64,000 nt of DNA from Spironucleus salmonicida (taxonomy: Eukaryota), in NCBI RefSeq assembly GCF_000497125.1, contig NC_090599.1, forward strand, positions 868,001 through 932,000. Direction: 5' to 3'. The notes below the pieces were generated by a model. That model was not told the DNA's origin, did not search any database, and worked only from the letters and a program-made list of their open reading frames with translations. Positions 50,073 through 62,304 of this stretch are shown here, one piece after another. Positions within the stretch are counted from its first letter, which is position 1. Every line of letters starts with the position of its first letter. The translations under genes and the position numbers were made by a program.

Positions 50073-50462
50073 ATGGAAAAGCTTCAAAATGATTAGATAA
50101 TTAAAGTTATGTAACAGCATTATTCTTTCTTACAGACAGCATATTTATAGACTAAAAATTTGGCGTAAGAGTCGAATATTTCATCCCAATATATCAACTT
50201 GTTAGTTGACTTTCTTTTAACATCTGCGAACGAGAATTTACTAAATCGCTCTTTCTGCGATTTTCTGAAGGAGTTCACACTACTAACCCAAAATCAAAAT
50301 TAATTCAGTCTACTACCGTAAAATGATCTTAAGCTGAGTGAAATCAACTAGAAAATGAATACGTAAGCAGACAGTTGTATAAAGGAAAACATAAATCTCA
50401 AAAAGACCATATTCCTACTTATTGGTATCATTTTTATGCTCTTATGCCTTCTGATTTTCTGA
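50073..50462 (+). CDS. Putative tail-anchored membrane protein, 129 aa, copy 1
   Basis: MEKLQNDQIIKVMQQHYSFLQ...NLKKTIFLLIGIIFMLLCLLIF*. Confidence 0.6.
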
Positions 50463-51269
50463 GTTTTATATTTTTGTCAGTTAGTTTGGAGTAGGTTTCC
50501 TCATTTTCAAAACTGCTTTATACTTATTTATTTTATCTATACCTCGCTAATTATTGATTTAAAAAGTCAAATGAGCTCTTTCAGTATTAATCAAATAAAC
50601 TACACAAAAACCTTTTAAAATGAGGTAAGATACTTTGTACTAGTTTATTTTAACAGAATTGTAGAGTTTAATGTGCAATAATTCTGTAATTTTCTATTTC
50701 TTAGGTTAATACGTATTATGCTTCTCAAAAAGCATGATAAGTTTTGGTGAAATTATTAAATATCTTATAAGCTTTCAGTTTGGTATCATTAAAAATAAAT
50801 AGGATAAGTAAAATACTAATGTTAACCTATAGTAGAAAGCAGCACTTAACATAAAACTTAGGTTAATAATTATTATTTTCTCCAACAATTTACTATATAG
50901 TTAGTTTAATACTTATATACCGTAACAAATATCAGCTAGATCGACTTAGTACATCTTCAAAGAAGGTTCTTCTAGATTACTAAGATTTAGCACCTATTCA
51001 CATAGGGTGACTTTTTTACAGTTTAATTATACATCTCACTTCACCTCGACTGCTCTTTTTACGAGAAATACATTCATTTAAACAAGGCAAATTATATTTT
51101 TTATATTCAGGCCTTAATTAAGTATGATAATTAATCATAATGGTTGAATATAATAAACAAATTATTTTGTATACTTTTTGAGTAATAAAATAAAATGTAT
51201 AATATTTTTCGTTTTAATGGTCGCATATATATATATACTAAAATTTACATTAATTATTTGTGTTTAAAA

Positions 51270-52448
51270 ATGCTGAAAAATATTGATTCTACATAGCTTA
51301 AGCTTTAAGAGTTATTTAATAATTCTACTATAAACGCACGTAATGGATCATATTCTTCTAAGATTGATTTACCCAGAGCAGAATTTAATAATTAAAATCT
51401 TCTCAGTTTTGCTAAAGCTGATTTTGAAACTCCCACTCCATAACCTATTTAGTCTTTATTGATAGATCATATTTAAAAGTATAGCTCAGGTTATAGTTAT
51501 CATCCGGATTCCCTTTATGCCGCTATAATAAATTGGTAATAAAAATATTTTGGTGTCAATCTCAAAAAGCAAGATATTGCATTTATCCCAGGAGTTATGC
51601 CAGGAATTTGTTTAGCATTAAAAGCTATTATGAACCCAGGAGATAAAGTTACGTTATTCACTCCAGAATATCCAGCTTTTTTTACATTAATGGAAGCAAA
51701 TAGATATATATGGGATAGTGTAAGTATTTAGGACGATACTATTAATTTTGAAGCATTAGACTTATAGCTTAAAAATTCAAAAGTACTTTTATTGTCGAAC
51801 CCACATAATCCTACTGGAAAAGTACTTAGCAGGTCTGAGATATAGAAAATTGTTTAGCTTTGTAATAAGTATGATATTTACTTAATTATCGATGAAATAT
51901 GGTAGGATATAACGTTTGATGTGTAGCATTAATCAATTTTAAAGTATCGTTCAGAGAAAACAGTTTCTTTTTCTTCTGGATCGAAATCATTTAACACTGC
52001 AGGATTTTAGTTAGCATTTGCATTAATTGAAGATTAATCACTCCGGAGAGCATTTTAAGCTGAACAAGATAAGTCATTTCTTAATTCATCTAATATAGCT
52101 GGAATATTAGCATTACAAACTGGTTATGAACAATGTGATTAATATCTATTTGCTTGGAAAAAATATATTGCTGAGAATATGGATTATTGTTCAAAATATC
52201 TTCGAGATAATGTCCCATAGGTTTTGACTTATGTGCCTGATGCAACATGTCTGCTCATGTTAGATTTTAGTTAGGTATTTAAAAATTGTGAAGAGGCTGA
52301 ACAAGCTTTAGCCAAATAGAATATTTATCTATAAAAAGGCTCAGATTTTAAATTTAATGGTGTTTTTATGCGTCTGAATTGTGGTACTAGTCGTTAAGAG
52401 CTTAATTTGTGCATGTAAGCAGTGAAAAGAGCAGTCGAGGTGAAGTGA
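51270..52448 (+). CDS. PLP-dependent class I/II aminotransferase-fold enzyme, MalY/PatB (cystathionine/C-S beta-lyase) type, 392 aa
   Basis: AKADFETP, IPGVMPGI, PGDKVTLFTPEYPAF, LSNPHNPTGKV, IIDEIWQDI, SGSKSFNTAG (PLP Lys), FMRLNCG. Confidence 0.88.
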
Positions 52449-53021
52449 GATGTATAATTAAACTGTAAAAAAGTCACCCTATGTGAATAGGTGCTAAATC
52501 TTAGTAATCTAGAAGAACCTTCTTTGAAGATGTACTAAGTCGATCTAGCTGATATTTGTTACGGTATATAAGTATTAAACTAACTATATAGTAAATTGTT
52601 GGAGAAAATAATAATTATTAACCTAAGTTTTATGTTAAGTGCTGCTTTCTACTATAGGTTAACATTAGTATTTTACTTATCCTATTTATTTTTAATGATA
52701 CCAAACTGAAAGCTTATAAGATATTTAATAATTTCACCAAAACTTATCATGCTTTTTGAGAAGCATAATACGTATTAACCTAAGAAATAGAAAATTACAG
52801 AATTATTGCACATTAAACTCTACAATTCTGTTAAAATAAACTAGTACAAAGTATCTTACCTCATTTTAAAAGGTTTTTGTGTAGTTTATTTGATTAATAC
52901 TGAAAGAGCTCATTTGACTTTTTAAATCAATAATTAGCGAGGTATAGATAAAATAAATAAGTATAAAGCAGTTTTGAAAATGAGGAAACCTACTCCAAAC
53001 TAACTGACAAAAATATAAAAC

Positions 53022-53411
53022 TCAGAAAATCAGAAGGCATAAGAGCATAAAAATGATACCAATAAGTAGGAATATGGTCTTTTTGAGATTTATGTTTTCC
53101 TTTATACAACTGTCTGCTTACGTATTCATTTTCTAGTTGATTTCACTCAGCTTAAGATCATTTTACGGTAGTAGACTGAATTAATTTTGATTTTGGGTTA
53201 GTAGTGTGAACTCCTTCAGAAAATCGCAGAAAGAGCGATTTAGTAAATTCTCGTTCGCAGATGTTAAAAGAAAGTCAACTAACAAGTTGATATATTGGGA
53301 TGAAATATTCGACTCTTACGCCAAATTTTTAGTCTATAAATATGCTGTCTGTAAGAAAGAATAATGCTGTTACATAACTTTAATTATCTAATCATTTTGA
53401 AGCTTTTCCAT
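53022..53411 (-). CDS. Putative tail-anchored membrane protein, copy 2
   Basis: Inverted copy of 50073..50462. Confidence 0.6.
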
Positions 53412-55400
53412 TATCAAATTGGAGTGGTTGTGAGACAAATATACTAAATACAAAACTATAATCCACTGTCACTTTTAACAGATAATGTGTCCACTATGTA
53501 AGTCTGGGCCAAATTCCCAATGAAAGATGTTCTGCCCTGTTTGACTTTAGCTTCTCCAGTTCTTAATGGTTCTATATCTTTTACTAACTGCATATTGGCT
53601 AGCAAATTAGCTATCATTCTGCACTAGCTATCCGTCCTTATCTATGAAATAGTAAACTAGCGCAGCTATAAATACGATGCAGCTCTCACATTTTCATCCC
53701 TGTACCAACTCTATCAAATGAGTGTATACTGGCCTGCTGCAAGTATATTGCCTCAGATCTGCTTTAAATGCTTTTTGTGGTGTATCAGCAAGGTATAACG
53801 CTAGTTCCACAGATACCACAAAGCACTTACGGTTAACTCTGGGAAGGCTATTGCAATTTAAATATGTGCACGAATGCGGCCAGCTTTGTAACTACATTGT
53901 CTAACACAAAACACCGCCATGCAACTAGCAGGTTGCTGCTGGAAAGTAGAGCACCATGCAGATTTGCAGATATTAGTTGCTGACAAATAAATTCTATTGC
54001 ATGGCCAATCCTGCCCGCTAGCCTTTGGGATCTACGTTCGTATTGGCTCATTTTTAGACCTTATTTCCTGCCGTTGTTAGATTAATTCTGGCATTCGGAT
54101 AAATACTTTGAATGACTATTCAACAAGTAGTGTAGCTCAAAGTATCCTACTTGATATTTTAGAGTACTGGTTGGAATATGACTCGAGTATTCATTAGCAC
54201 TATAATAATTGCAAATTATGTGGGACCTTACCTCGGTATTGCCTGTCCCATCTTTGCTAATTTTACTTTCTGCAATCTTTCTGCGGGCTTGCAGCTAGAT
54301 TTACGCATCTCATTCCCTTCTGTTCCCTCGCCCGGCAGGGAAGCGTACGTGCGGTGCCTGAACTACTAAAAAATGCTTTCCCGCGAAAACCTGTAGAACA
54401 AGATGCGCCATGTGAGATAGCAATACCTGGCAAAGCGGTTCAACTGAAACAGCGGTCTGCCTACAGAGGGTATTAGAGCCGATTGCCCATAATTACAACC
54501 GGCCGCACTTAGCTACTGAGAGCTGACGAATTGTTGTACGCTCTGCTCGCGCCTATAGAGCCTACCCAAGTTTTTCCCAGTGCCTCATTGCAGACAAATA
54601 CTAACCATCATCTGCGGCACCCGGCCAGATCTTTACGGAGTTGCTATTACAGCGGAACGGATATTTTGCAAGAGCCTAGAGTTTCGTGAGCTCCTACCCC
54701 GCCGCTGCTCCGGGGCTTTACAGAGTGTGCCAGTATCCCTGTTAGCTAGTTGCTTCCTTTAGACCCAAGCGCGTGGCAAATCTTAACGTCCCTGCCAATT
54801 AGATATCTATGGTCCTCGATACGAGCTGGATATCTCTAGCCTCCTATGTGCGAAGTCCCGCAACATTGTTCACCTAAGGCCCGGTCGGAGAATATTGCTA
54901 CTGCGCCCGCAAGCGTACGGCAGTGTGCTCAATTCGTAGACTGCGCAGTCTCAACCTGGCCTTGCAACATTGTTTGGGTCCGCATGCAGGCTAGGACTTG
55001 ACAGTAAGTTCGTGTTCTCAGGCAAATAATTCCCACATTTCAAGTGTGCACGGCTGGTAAGTACGCGAGGCGGTACTACTCCATGTCCCAACCGTGGAGT
55101 GCATCCATATGGTCTGGAACCCCCGGCTGCGAATGCAACTGTAAAGTATAGAATCTAAAACGCTCAGTCTCTCGCCTGCTGCGGCAATAGCGTTTGCCTG
55201 CGCGCCTCAGTTCCGAATGGTAAGTTGGCGAACCCAATATCGCCACCTCCTAGCAATAAAAGACGCGGCCGTGCTTGTTTGCGCCCAGCTTAGATCCGGT
55301 AATGGTTGTTTACAAAGACTAACCACGTCCTCCACTAACTATACGGCAGCGCTGCTGGTAAGTGGGGACACCGCTACTCTAGCGCCTCGCAGCGCCTGGA

Positions 55401-57671
55401 TCATTTGCCCGCCTTGAGGCGCCTTTGCACGACCAGGCTCACACAGAACGCAAGCAGGCCCACCACGACGGGGGCCAGCACGAAGCCAATCCAAAACACG
55501 CCCGATTCGTTCTCGAAGTTTGCCTCCGCGACGGGGAAAGCGCACCGCTCGGCGGCGCAGTCGAAGTCGGCGTGCCACTGGCGGTTCTTGGCGGAGACGG
55601 CATTGTGCAGCTGGATCTTTCCCCGGTAGCTCAGCGCAGGCCTCGGTGCGCTGGCGAACTAGCAGGTGATGGTCTCGTTGAAGTCCACGAAGGAGGTTTG
55701 GTCGCGGAGGTAGCCCCTGAATATCTGCTGCTCCTGTCTGACCTCGATGATGCGCGGCGTGAAGGAGACGCTCTGCGGGACCCGGTTGGAGATGTACCGC
55801 TTCCCGCCGAACCGGCTCAGCCGCCACACGATGTCGTGCACGAAGGCGTTCGTGTCGATGGCCCGCGTGTGCGTCCTCCCCTGGTTGAACTCCGCCATGA
55901 GCCGCTCGTCCTGCCCCAGGTAGGCCACGACGCCGGTGGTGGTGAAGTACGCGTCGCTGAACACCCGCCGCGCGCAGTCGCCGTCCCACTGGGGGAACTC
56001 CGAGATCACGGGCCGCTCCCGGGGCCCATGGTCGCCCACCACCACCAGCAGGGAGTGGGGGTCGTTTAGGCGCAGGTGGGCCACGAGGTCGCCCAGCTGC
56101 CGGTCCGCGTAGTTCGCGACGCGCTGGTAGTCATTCTCGATGGCGTTGTCGTAGAACTTCGGCTGGTCGTAGCCCGTGAATGGGGTGTGCGTGTCCACCG
56201 TCATCACGACCCCGAAGGCCGGCCGCGCCGCAACCGACATCTGGTCGATGAACTGGCGGGTGGTGATGCGGTCGCACACCCACGAGTTGGGCGGCGGCAG
56301 GTCGGGCAGGTACCCCTTCCGGGGGAAGTAGTACTGCGCCGTGTCGAAGTGGCTGTACAGAATGTTCTGCTTGCCGTCGAACTCCGGGGGCGACGGGGAC
56401 GTGTAGTGGGTGGAGTAGGCCATCCGCCTGAACATGCCCGCCAGCGAGTCGTGCGCGTGGTGCCGCAGCTGCGTCATTGCCGCGCCGTACTGCAGGGGGA
56501 GCTCGCCGGTCATAAGTGCGTACCAGCCGTTGATCGTGGGCAGCGACAGCGTGGAGAGCGTGAGCTCTGTCGTCCCGCTCTGCTGGAGGCCGTGCAGCGT
56601 GGGCATCAGCGTTTCGGAGAAGGTGTTGTTCGCGACCAGCAGGGGGACTGCCGACAGGGACTCGATGATGACCATGTAGACGTTCGGCATCTCTCCTGGC
56701 TGCTCCCTGCCTTGGGGCGCCGGGGCCTCGCACTGGTTGAACTGGCAGTAGCTCGCCTCGTCCCCCACCACGAACGGGAACTGGACGCTGTCGCGGTTGT
56801 CGATGTAGAACAGGCCCGGCGGCAGCTCAACGCTCTGGCGCTCGTCCCGGATCAACGCCTGCAGCCTCGCCTCCGGCAGGTGGTAGCGCGTCAGCGACTT
56901 GAGCATGTTCCAGTGCCCTGGCACCGCCTCGGCCAGCTGCCCGTAGGGGAAGGCGATGAAGGAGGCGAATAGTGCGACCGCGACGAGGGAGAGCAGGGCC
57001 CCAACAGGGCCGGCCGCCCGTCGGACTCTCCGCGTTGCCGAGGATATCTTGGCGGTCTGCATGTCCATCTCGCTCCCGAGCCCGGCGCTGACGGCCTGCA
57101 GCACAAAGTTGTGCGGGGCAGCTGGCCGGACCAGAAACGAGGATACTATGTGCTTCCGTCCGATCAGCACCAGCAGGAGCGCCAGCCCGGCCGAGCCGAT
57201 GACGATCGACGACAGCAGCACCCAGTGGATGATGTCCCTTCCGATGGCCAGCAGAAGCGTGGCGAGCGTGTTGGAGGAGGTCTTCTCGCCCGCGACTAGC
57301 AGCGTGCTGGGGAACAGGGTCGGCACGCCGAGGATGTAGCTCTTGAACAGCGAGAAGCTGGCGATGCCCTGCATCTCGCGCCCCAGCTCGGTGTCGTAGA
57401 TGCAGACCACCATGAAGAGCACCGCGAGGTAGAGCACCACGCACGTCGGGACGGCTCTGGCGACCTTCGCCTTGGCGCCAAGCAACTGGAGCGCGGCGAG
57501 CACGGACGCCAGCAGGCACGCGTCCAGCACGTTCACGAGCACCGCGAGCAGGAAAAGCGCCCGCTGCGAGATCTGCTGGTTCTCGGCTGGCCCTAGCATG
57601 AAGCACTTCAGCCCTGCGATGAGGGAGGTGAAGACGGCATAGAGCACCAGCACAGACAGCGCCGCATGCAT
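55401..57671 (-). CDS. LtaS/OpgB-like membrane phosphotransferase, copy 2
   Basis: Inverted copy of 45813..48083; one amino-acid difference seen (AEAAP versus AEAVP). Confidence 0.82.
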
Positions 57672-59034
57672 ATTATGGAGCGTAGGGTGTAGACCCGGCG
57701 GCGGGCTAGAGCGGAGCGCTGGATGGTTGCCACGCAAACCAGGCAGACCCGCATGCAAAGTGCCCGATGCCAGCTGGCTGGTGATTATCTTGAGGTTTCC
57801 CGTCCAAGTTCCGTTCCCTATGCCGCTGCGCCAAGCCGAGGGTCCCGCCGCGGTGCCTTTGGCCGGCATGCGAGTCGGAGGGAAGAATTACCTTCTCTGG
57901 CCGCGCCGGAGGTAGCAAAATTCCACCAACGGCAACTCTATTTCCCCATGCTGGTGTGCAGCTGGCCCCATAGTTACGTGTTTCCGTGCTTTGGCCAGGC
58001 TAGGGGATTGCGCTGGGTGGCTTCGGAGTATGCGGCTGCTTGCTATGCTGGCACCCGGTTATACCCTGTTCGTATGCCCGGTCCCGCAAAGCGCTCGTGC
58101 GGTTATGGAGCTGGCAGCCGGGAGCTGGGTGAGGAGTCATGCCAGCGAGGGTGCTGGCTCAGGCTTTCCGTCAAAAAATGGCGCACACTTATTTATTGCC
58201 TCTCCTAAAAAATTATCCATATTAACTAATACCACCATGACAACTTCTAAACCTCATAATTTTTATAAAATAATATATTTGATACTAATCACTTAATATT
58301 TTTACTAGGTCCTACAAAATCTTTGTGTAAAGGAAGTACGTGTAGTATTAGAGGAAGCTTCGGATCAGTTCATGTATATTCAGTTCATCAGATGGATTTA
58401 GTTATTTCGATAGAAAATGCCTATTCTCTTTTCTAGCTGTTTTAAAGATATATATTAAATGAAAGTTATTGAATCAAATTGCAAATAAGATTGTAGTCTA
58501 GTTACAATCATCACTGTAATTCATAGAAAGATCAAACATTAGCTAGATAATCCATGTGATTTCTCACGCCAGTATCGTTATGAAAGCTTTTTCTTTTTAC
58601 TCTGCTAAATTACTTATGATGTGTAAGCATAGCAGTTGTAAGTTACCAAAGTGAATGATTTAATGGAGTTTCGACCATCCACGTGTTGCAAAGCACCGAG
58701 GCTGTCCTCGAACTTAATAAAACAGCAATATACCGGCCGTCTGGGCACGCCGACGGCGTAAATTGGCAAATTGAAAACTATTCATAACCGCACCCTGACC
58801 AATGCAGGGCAGCGAGGCGCGTCTATGGTGCGAAAGGACTAGTCTGGCGTAAGCCTGCAGCGTGCTCCCCGGGAGGCTACTGTACGCCCAGGACGCATCG
58901 GCTGCAGCAGTTGCCGAGTGCAAGCACAGTCCAGCGCCCCGTGGTGTCTACTACACATTTCTCCTAGAGCCGCAAATCCTCCCGGTCCGCTCGCGGCGAC
59001 ATCCCGCACCGTGTGCAATAAGTAACCAAACCGC

Positions 59035-62000
59035 TCACTTGCTAAACATGTTGTGCTGGGTGTAGAACTTCTTGGGGCGGTGCGTGTAGTAGTAGATCAG
59101 GTAGCCCACGATCGCCACGATGGTCGCTCCGGCGGCGACGCAGCCCACCACGTCCCAGGGGCCCAGCGCGGTGCTGGTCTGCTGGAGGATCTCGCACACG
59201 GAGGGGAGCTCGTGGATGAGCTCGTAGCCCGCGTCGCAGTTCTGGCACGAGCCTTGGACGTTCTGGACGTACCCGTCGAGGCAGCCGTTGCACTTCTTGT
59301 CGACCGTGCAGCCCAGGCAGTTCTGGTTCGCCGCGCACTTGCAGAACTGCATTCCGTCGCAGGTGACGCATACCTGCTAGGCCAGGTCGCACTGCTCGCC
59401 GTCGGAGCACTGGGCCACGTTCGTGCACTTGACCCGGCAGGCGCCATCGATCATGGTCGCGCCCTCGACGCAGCGTTTGCAGCCGCTCCCGTCGCACTCG
59501 GCGCAGTTGAGCTGGAGCGTGTCGGCGGCGCACTTGCAGGACATCCCGACGTCGAGCGTCGCGCAGTTGATGCACTGACCGTACTACTTGCAGCCGAGGC
59601 CCTCTGCGCACCACTTGGAGGTACCGAGGTCGTCGCAGCTGCCCTTGTAGCCTGGGGGCGTGAAGACGCAGACCCCGCTCATGAGCGTGTAGTCGTTGAG
59701 GCACTGCTTGCACTGGTCGATTTTAGGCTCGCAGTTCGCGCAGCCGGTTACCGCGGCCCCGGTGGCGTCCTTGCCGCAGTTGCAGGAGTGCTGCATGCTG
59801 CTGATGACGAGCGGGTTCGTGGAGCAGTCCTGGGGCGAGTCTGGCCCGGCGCAGTACTTGTCGCGGCCCGGTGCTACGGTGCAGATGGGGATCTTGCAGT
59901 TACCATTCGCGTCCTGCAACCAGCCGTTTATGCAGTTCACGCACGCGCCCTGCTGGCCGCAGTTCTGGCAGTTCACAGCCTCGCCGCAGGAGCAGGCGAT
60001 CTGCTGTTCAAAGCAGGTTTCGCAGGTCAGGTTGTTGCAGTACTGGCCGATGGGGCATGGCAGAATCGCGTTGCAGTTGGGCGGTACCGCGCACACGCCG
60101 TTGATGAGGGTGAAGCCGCTGACGCACGTCTGGCACTGGTTGTTGAGCGAAGTGCAGGACTGACAGTGCGCGGCGGTTCCGCAGTTGCAGAGCTCCTGGT
60201 TGTCCAGCGAGCAGGGGCGGCAAGAGGTCTCAGCGGGGGCACCCGTGGGGCAGAAGAATCCGGGCAGGCAGCTTTTCCCTTCGTCGCCGCACTTGTTGGG
60301 AACGCAGATGCCACCGATGGCCTCGTAGCCCCGGACGCAGGCCTGACACACCGTTCCTATACAGAACTGGCAGTTCTCGATCAGGGCCGTATCACATTTG
60401 CACTTCTGGCCCTGCTGGAGAACTACGCATGACTGGCACGTGTCGTTCTCTTTGCCGTCGCAGAAGTAGTTGTTAAAGCATTCTGTCGAGGATTTATCGG
60501 CGTTGCAGATATTGCTACCCGTCTACGGTGTAACACAGGACAACGTGCTGGGGTCCAGCACGAGGCCAGAAAGGCAGTCCTGGCACGTGCTGGGGGTGAT
60601 ACCGCAGGTTGCGCAGTTGGATGCGCCGCCGCACTTGCAGGGCTGAGCCTGGTTTTTGTCGCAGACTGTGCAGGGGTCGTTCTCCTTGCTGCCAGTCTAG
60701 CAGTAGAAGCCGCTCGCGCACTGGTTGTTGGAGAGCTGTTTGTCGCAGATATTTACCTGACAGACGCCCTTGATGGGGTGGTAGCCGGTGAAGCACTTCT
60801 TGCAGAGCGAATCCTTGCACTCTACGCAGTTCTGCAGCAGATTGCCCCCGCAGTTGCAGAAGAGATCCGTGGTGATGTTCGCGCAGGTTTTACACTTGTC
60901 TAGGAAAGAGCCGTTGCAGAAATTTCCCTGTGAGCAGAGCGAGGAGGACCCGTTCTGGTCGCAGATATTAGGGATCTGCGTGCATTTCCCCGCAGTAGCC
61001 TGCTCAAAGCCCCGCAGACACTTATCGCACTTGGTGAACTTGTCATCGCAGGTGGCACAGTTGTCCTCAGCCCCGCAATTGCAGGCCACGGTGGACTGCT
61101 CAAAACACAGCAGGCAGTTCGTGGTCTGGCCCGCGGGAGTAACCGGACAGTAGTTGTTCACCGCGCACTGCGTCGATTTCTGCCCGCCAACGCACGTGTT
61201 GGGCGAGCAGATGTTGTTGACCGGGTAGAGTCCCGACTTGCAAGCGGTGCAGTCTCCGGTGATGCAGGTGGTGCAGTTCTGAATTTGGTTGTCCCCGCAG
61301 CGGCAGGCACTGTTGTAGTTAATGAACGTGCAGACAATGCACTTGATGCCGAAGACGCCGTTGCAGTAATAGCCAGTATCACAGAGCGCCGAGTCGAAGT
61401 TCTCGCCGCAGCTGTTCTTGTCCCTTTCGCACTTGCCGCCATTGATGTGGTACCCGACGAAGCAGGAGCCGCAGGTGTTAATAGTATTCCCGCAGGTCTT
61501 GCAGCCGAGGATGGTGCCGCAGTTGCACTGCTGGCTCTAGTCGCACGCGATGCAGACCTGGTTCGGGGAGGAGCCGTCCTTGCAGAGGTGGTTGAAGGCG
61601 CAGTTCAGCGTGTTCTGGATCTGCCCGCAGGTGTTCAGCTGGCACCGGCCGAACTGCACCGCGTAGCTGGTCAGGCACTCCGAGCACCCGTTGGTGTCGC
61701 ACTTGACGCAGTTCTTGACCTCACCCTTCGCGCACTTGCAGGACTGGTTGACCTGGAGCTTAGCGCAGAGCTCGCACGTGTCCCCGAATTCCCCGTTGCA
61801 GTAGGAGCCGTCATTACACAGGATGCTCTGCCGGAACTGGTTGCAGATGTTGCTCTCCAGCACGCAGTTCCCGTCGTCCAGCACGAAGCCCTTCAGGCAG
61901 GCCCCACACTGCTTCCCGCTGCCGTCGCAGATCGAGCAGTCGGCCTTTTTCCCGCACTTGCAGGGCGTGGCCTGGTTTCGTGTGCAGGCCTGGCAGTTGG

Positions 62001-62304
62001 ACCGGTCGATCGAGTTGGCCGGGCAGACCTGACCGTTCGCGCACTGGCTCACGTAGGTCGAGCAGAAGTTGGGAAAGCAGTTCAGCTTGGTGTCATCTAG
62101 CAAGTAGAAATCTAGGCATAATGTGCATTAATCGGGATTGGAGTTTTTGCAGTTTCGTACATTTCCATTTCTTGAAATTTTACAATAAAATCCTTCAGTA
62201 ATTTGAGCACATGGTGTACAAGCCGCATGTGCTGTAGGAGATGTACATGAATAGTTAAAGCTGCAACCATTATTGGATAAATTTAAATCACAGCTTCCTG
62301 ACAT
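59035..62304 (-). CDS. Large cysteine-rich membrane protein (CRMP/VSP-like; CxC and CxxC repeats), 1089 aa
   Basis: ORFs 61537.., 60697.., 59584.. and 59035.. share one frame joined by TAG/TAA from ATG62304 (MSGSCDLN); TM VVGCVAAGATIVAIVGYLIYYY; tail THRPKKFYTQHNMFSK; AAGTGA. Confidence 0.9.

Larger units (their letters stand above)
45308..51059. repeat. IR-E left arm, 5752 bp
   Basis: Mirror of 52425..58176 with constant coordinate sum 103484. Confidence 0.95.
52425..58176. repeat. IR-E right arm
   Basis: Reverse complement of 45308..51059. Confidence 0.95.

Noticed and set aside
40456-58176. Palindromes as pure fold-back read or assembly artefacts
   Set aside because: Arms carry substitutions or indels, loops contain intact unique genes and junctions are non-random; not fully excluded without reads
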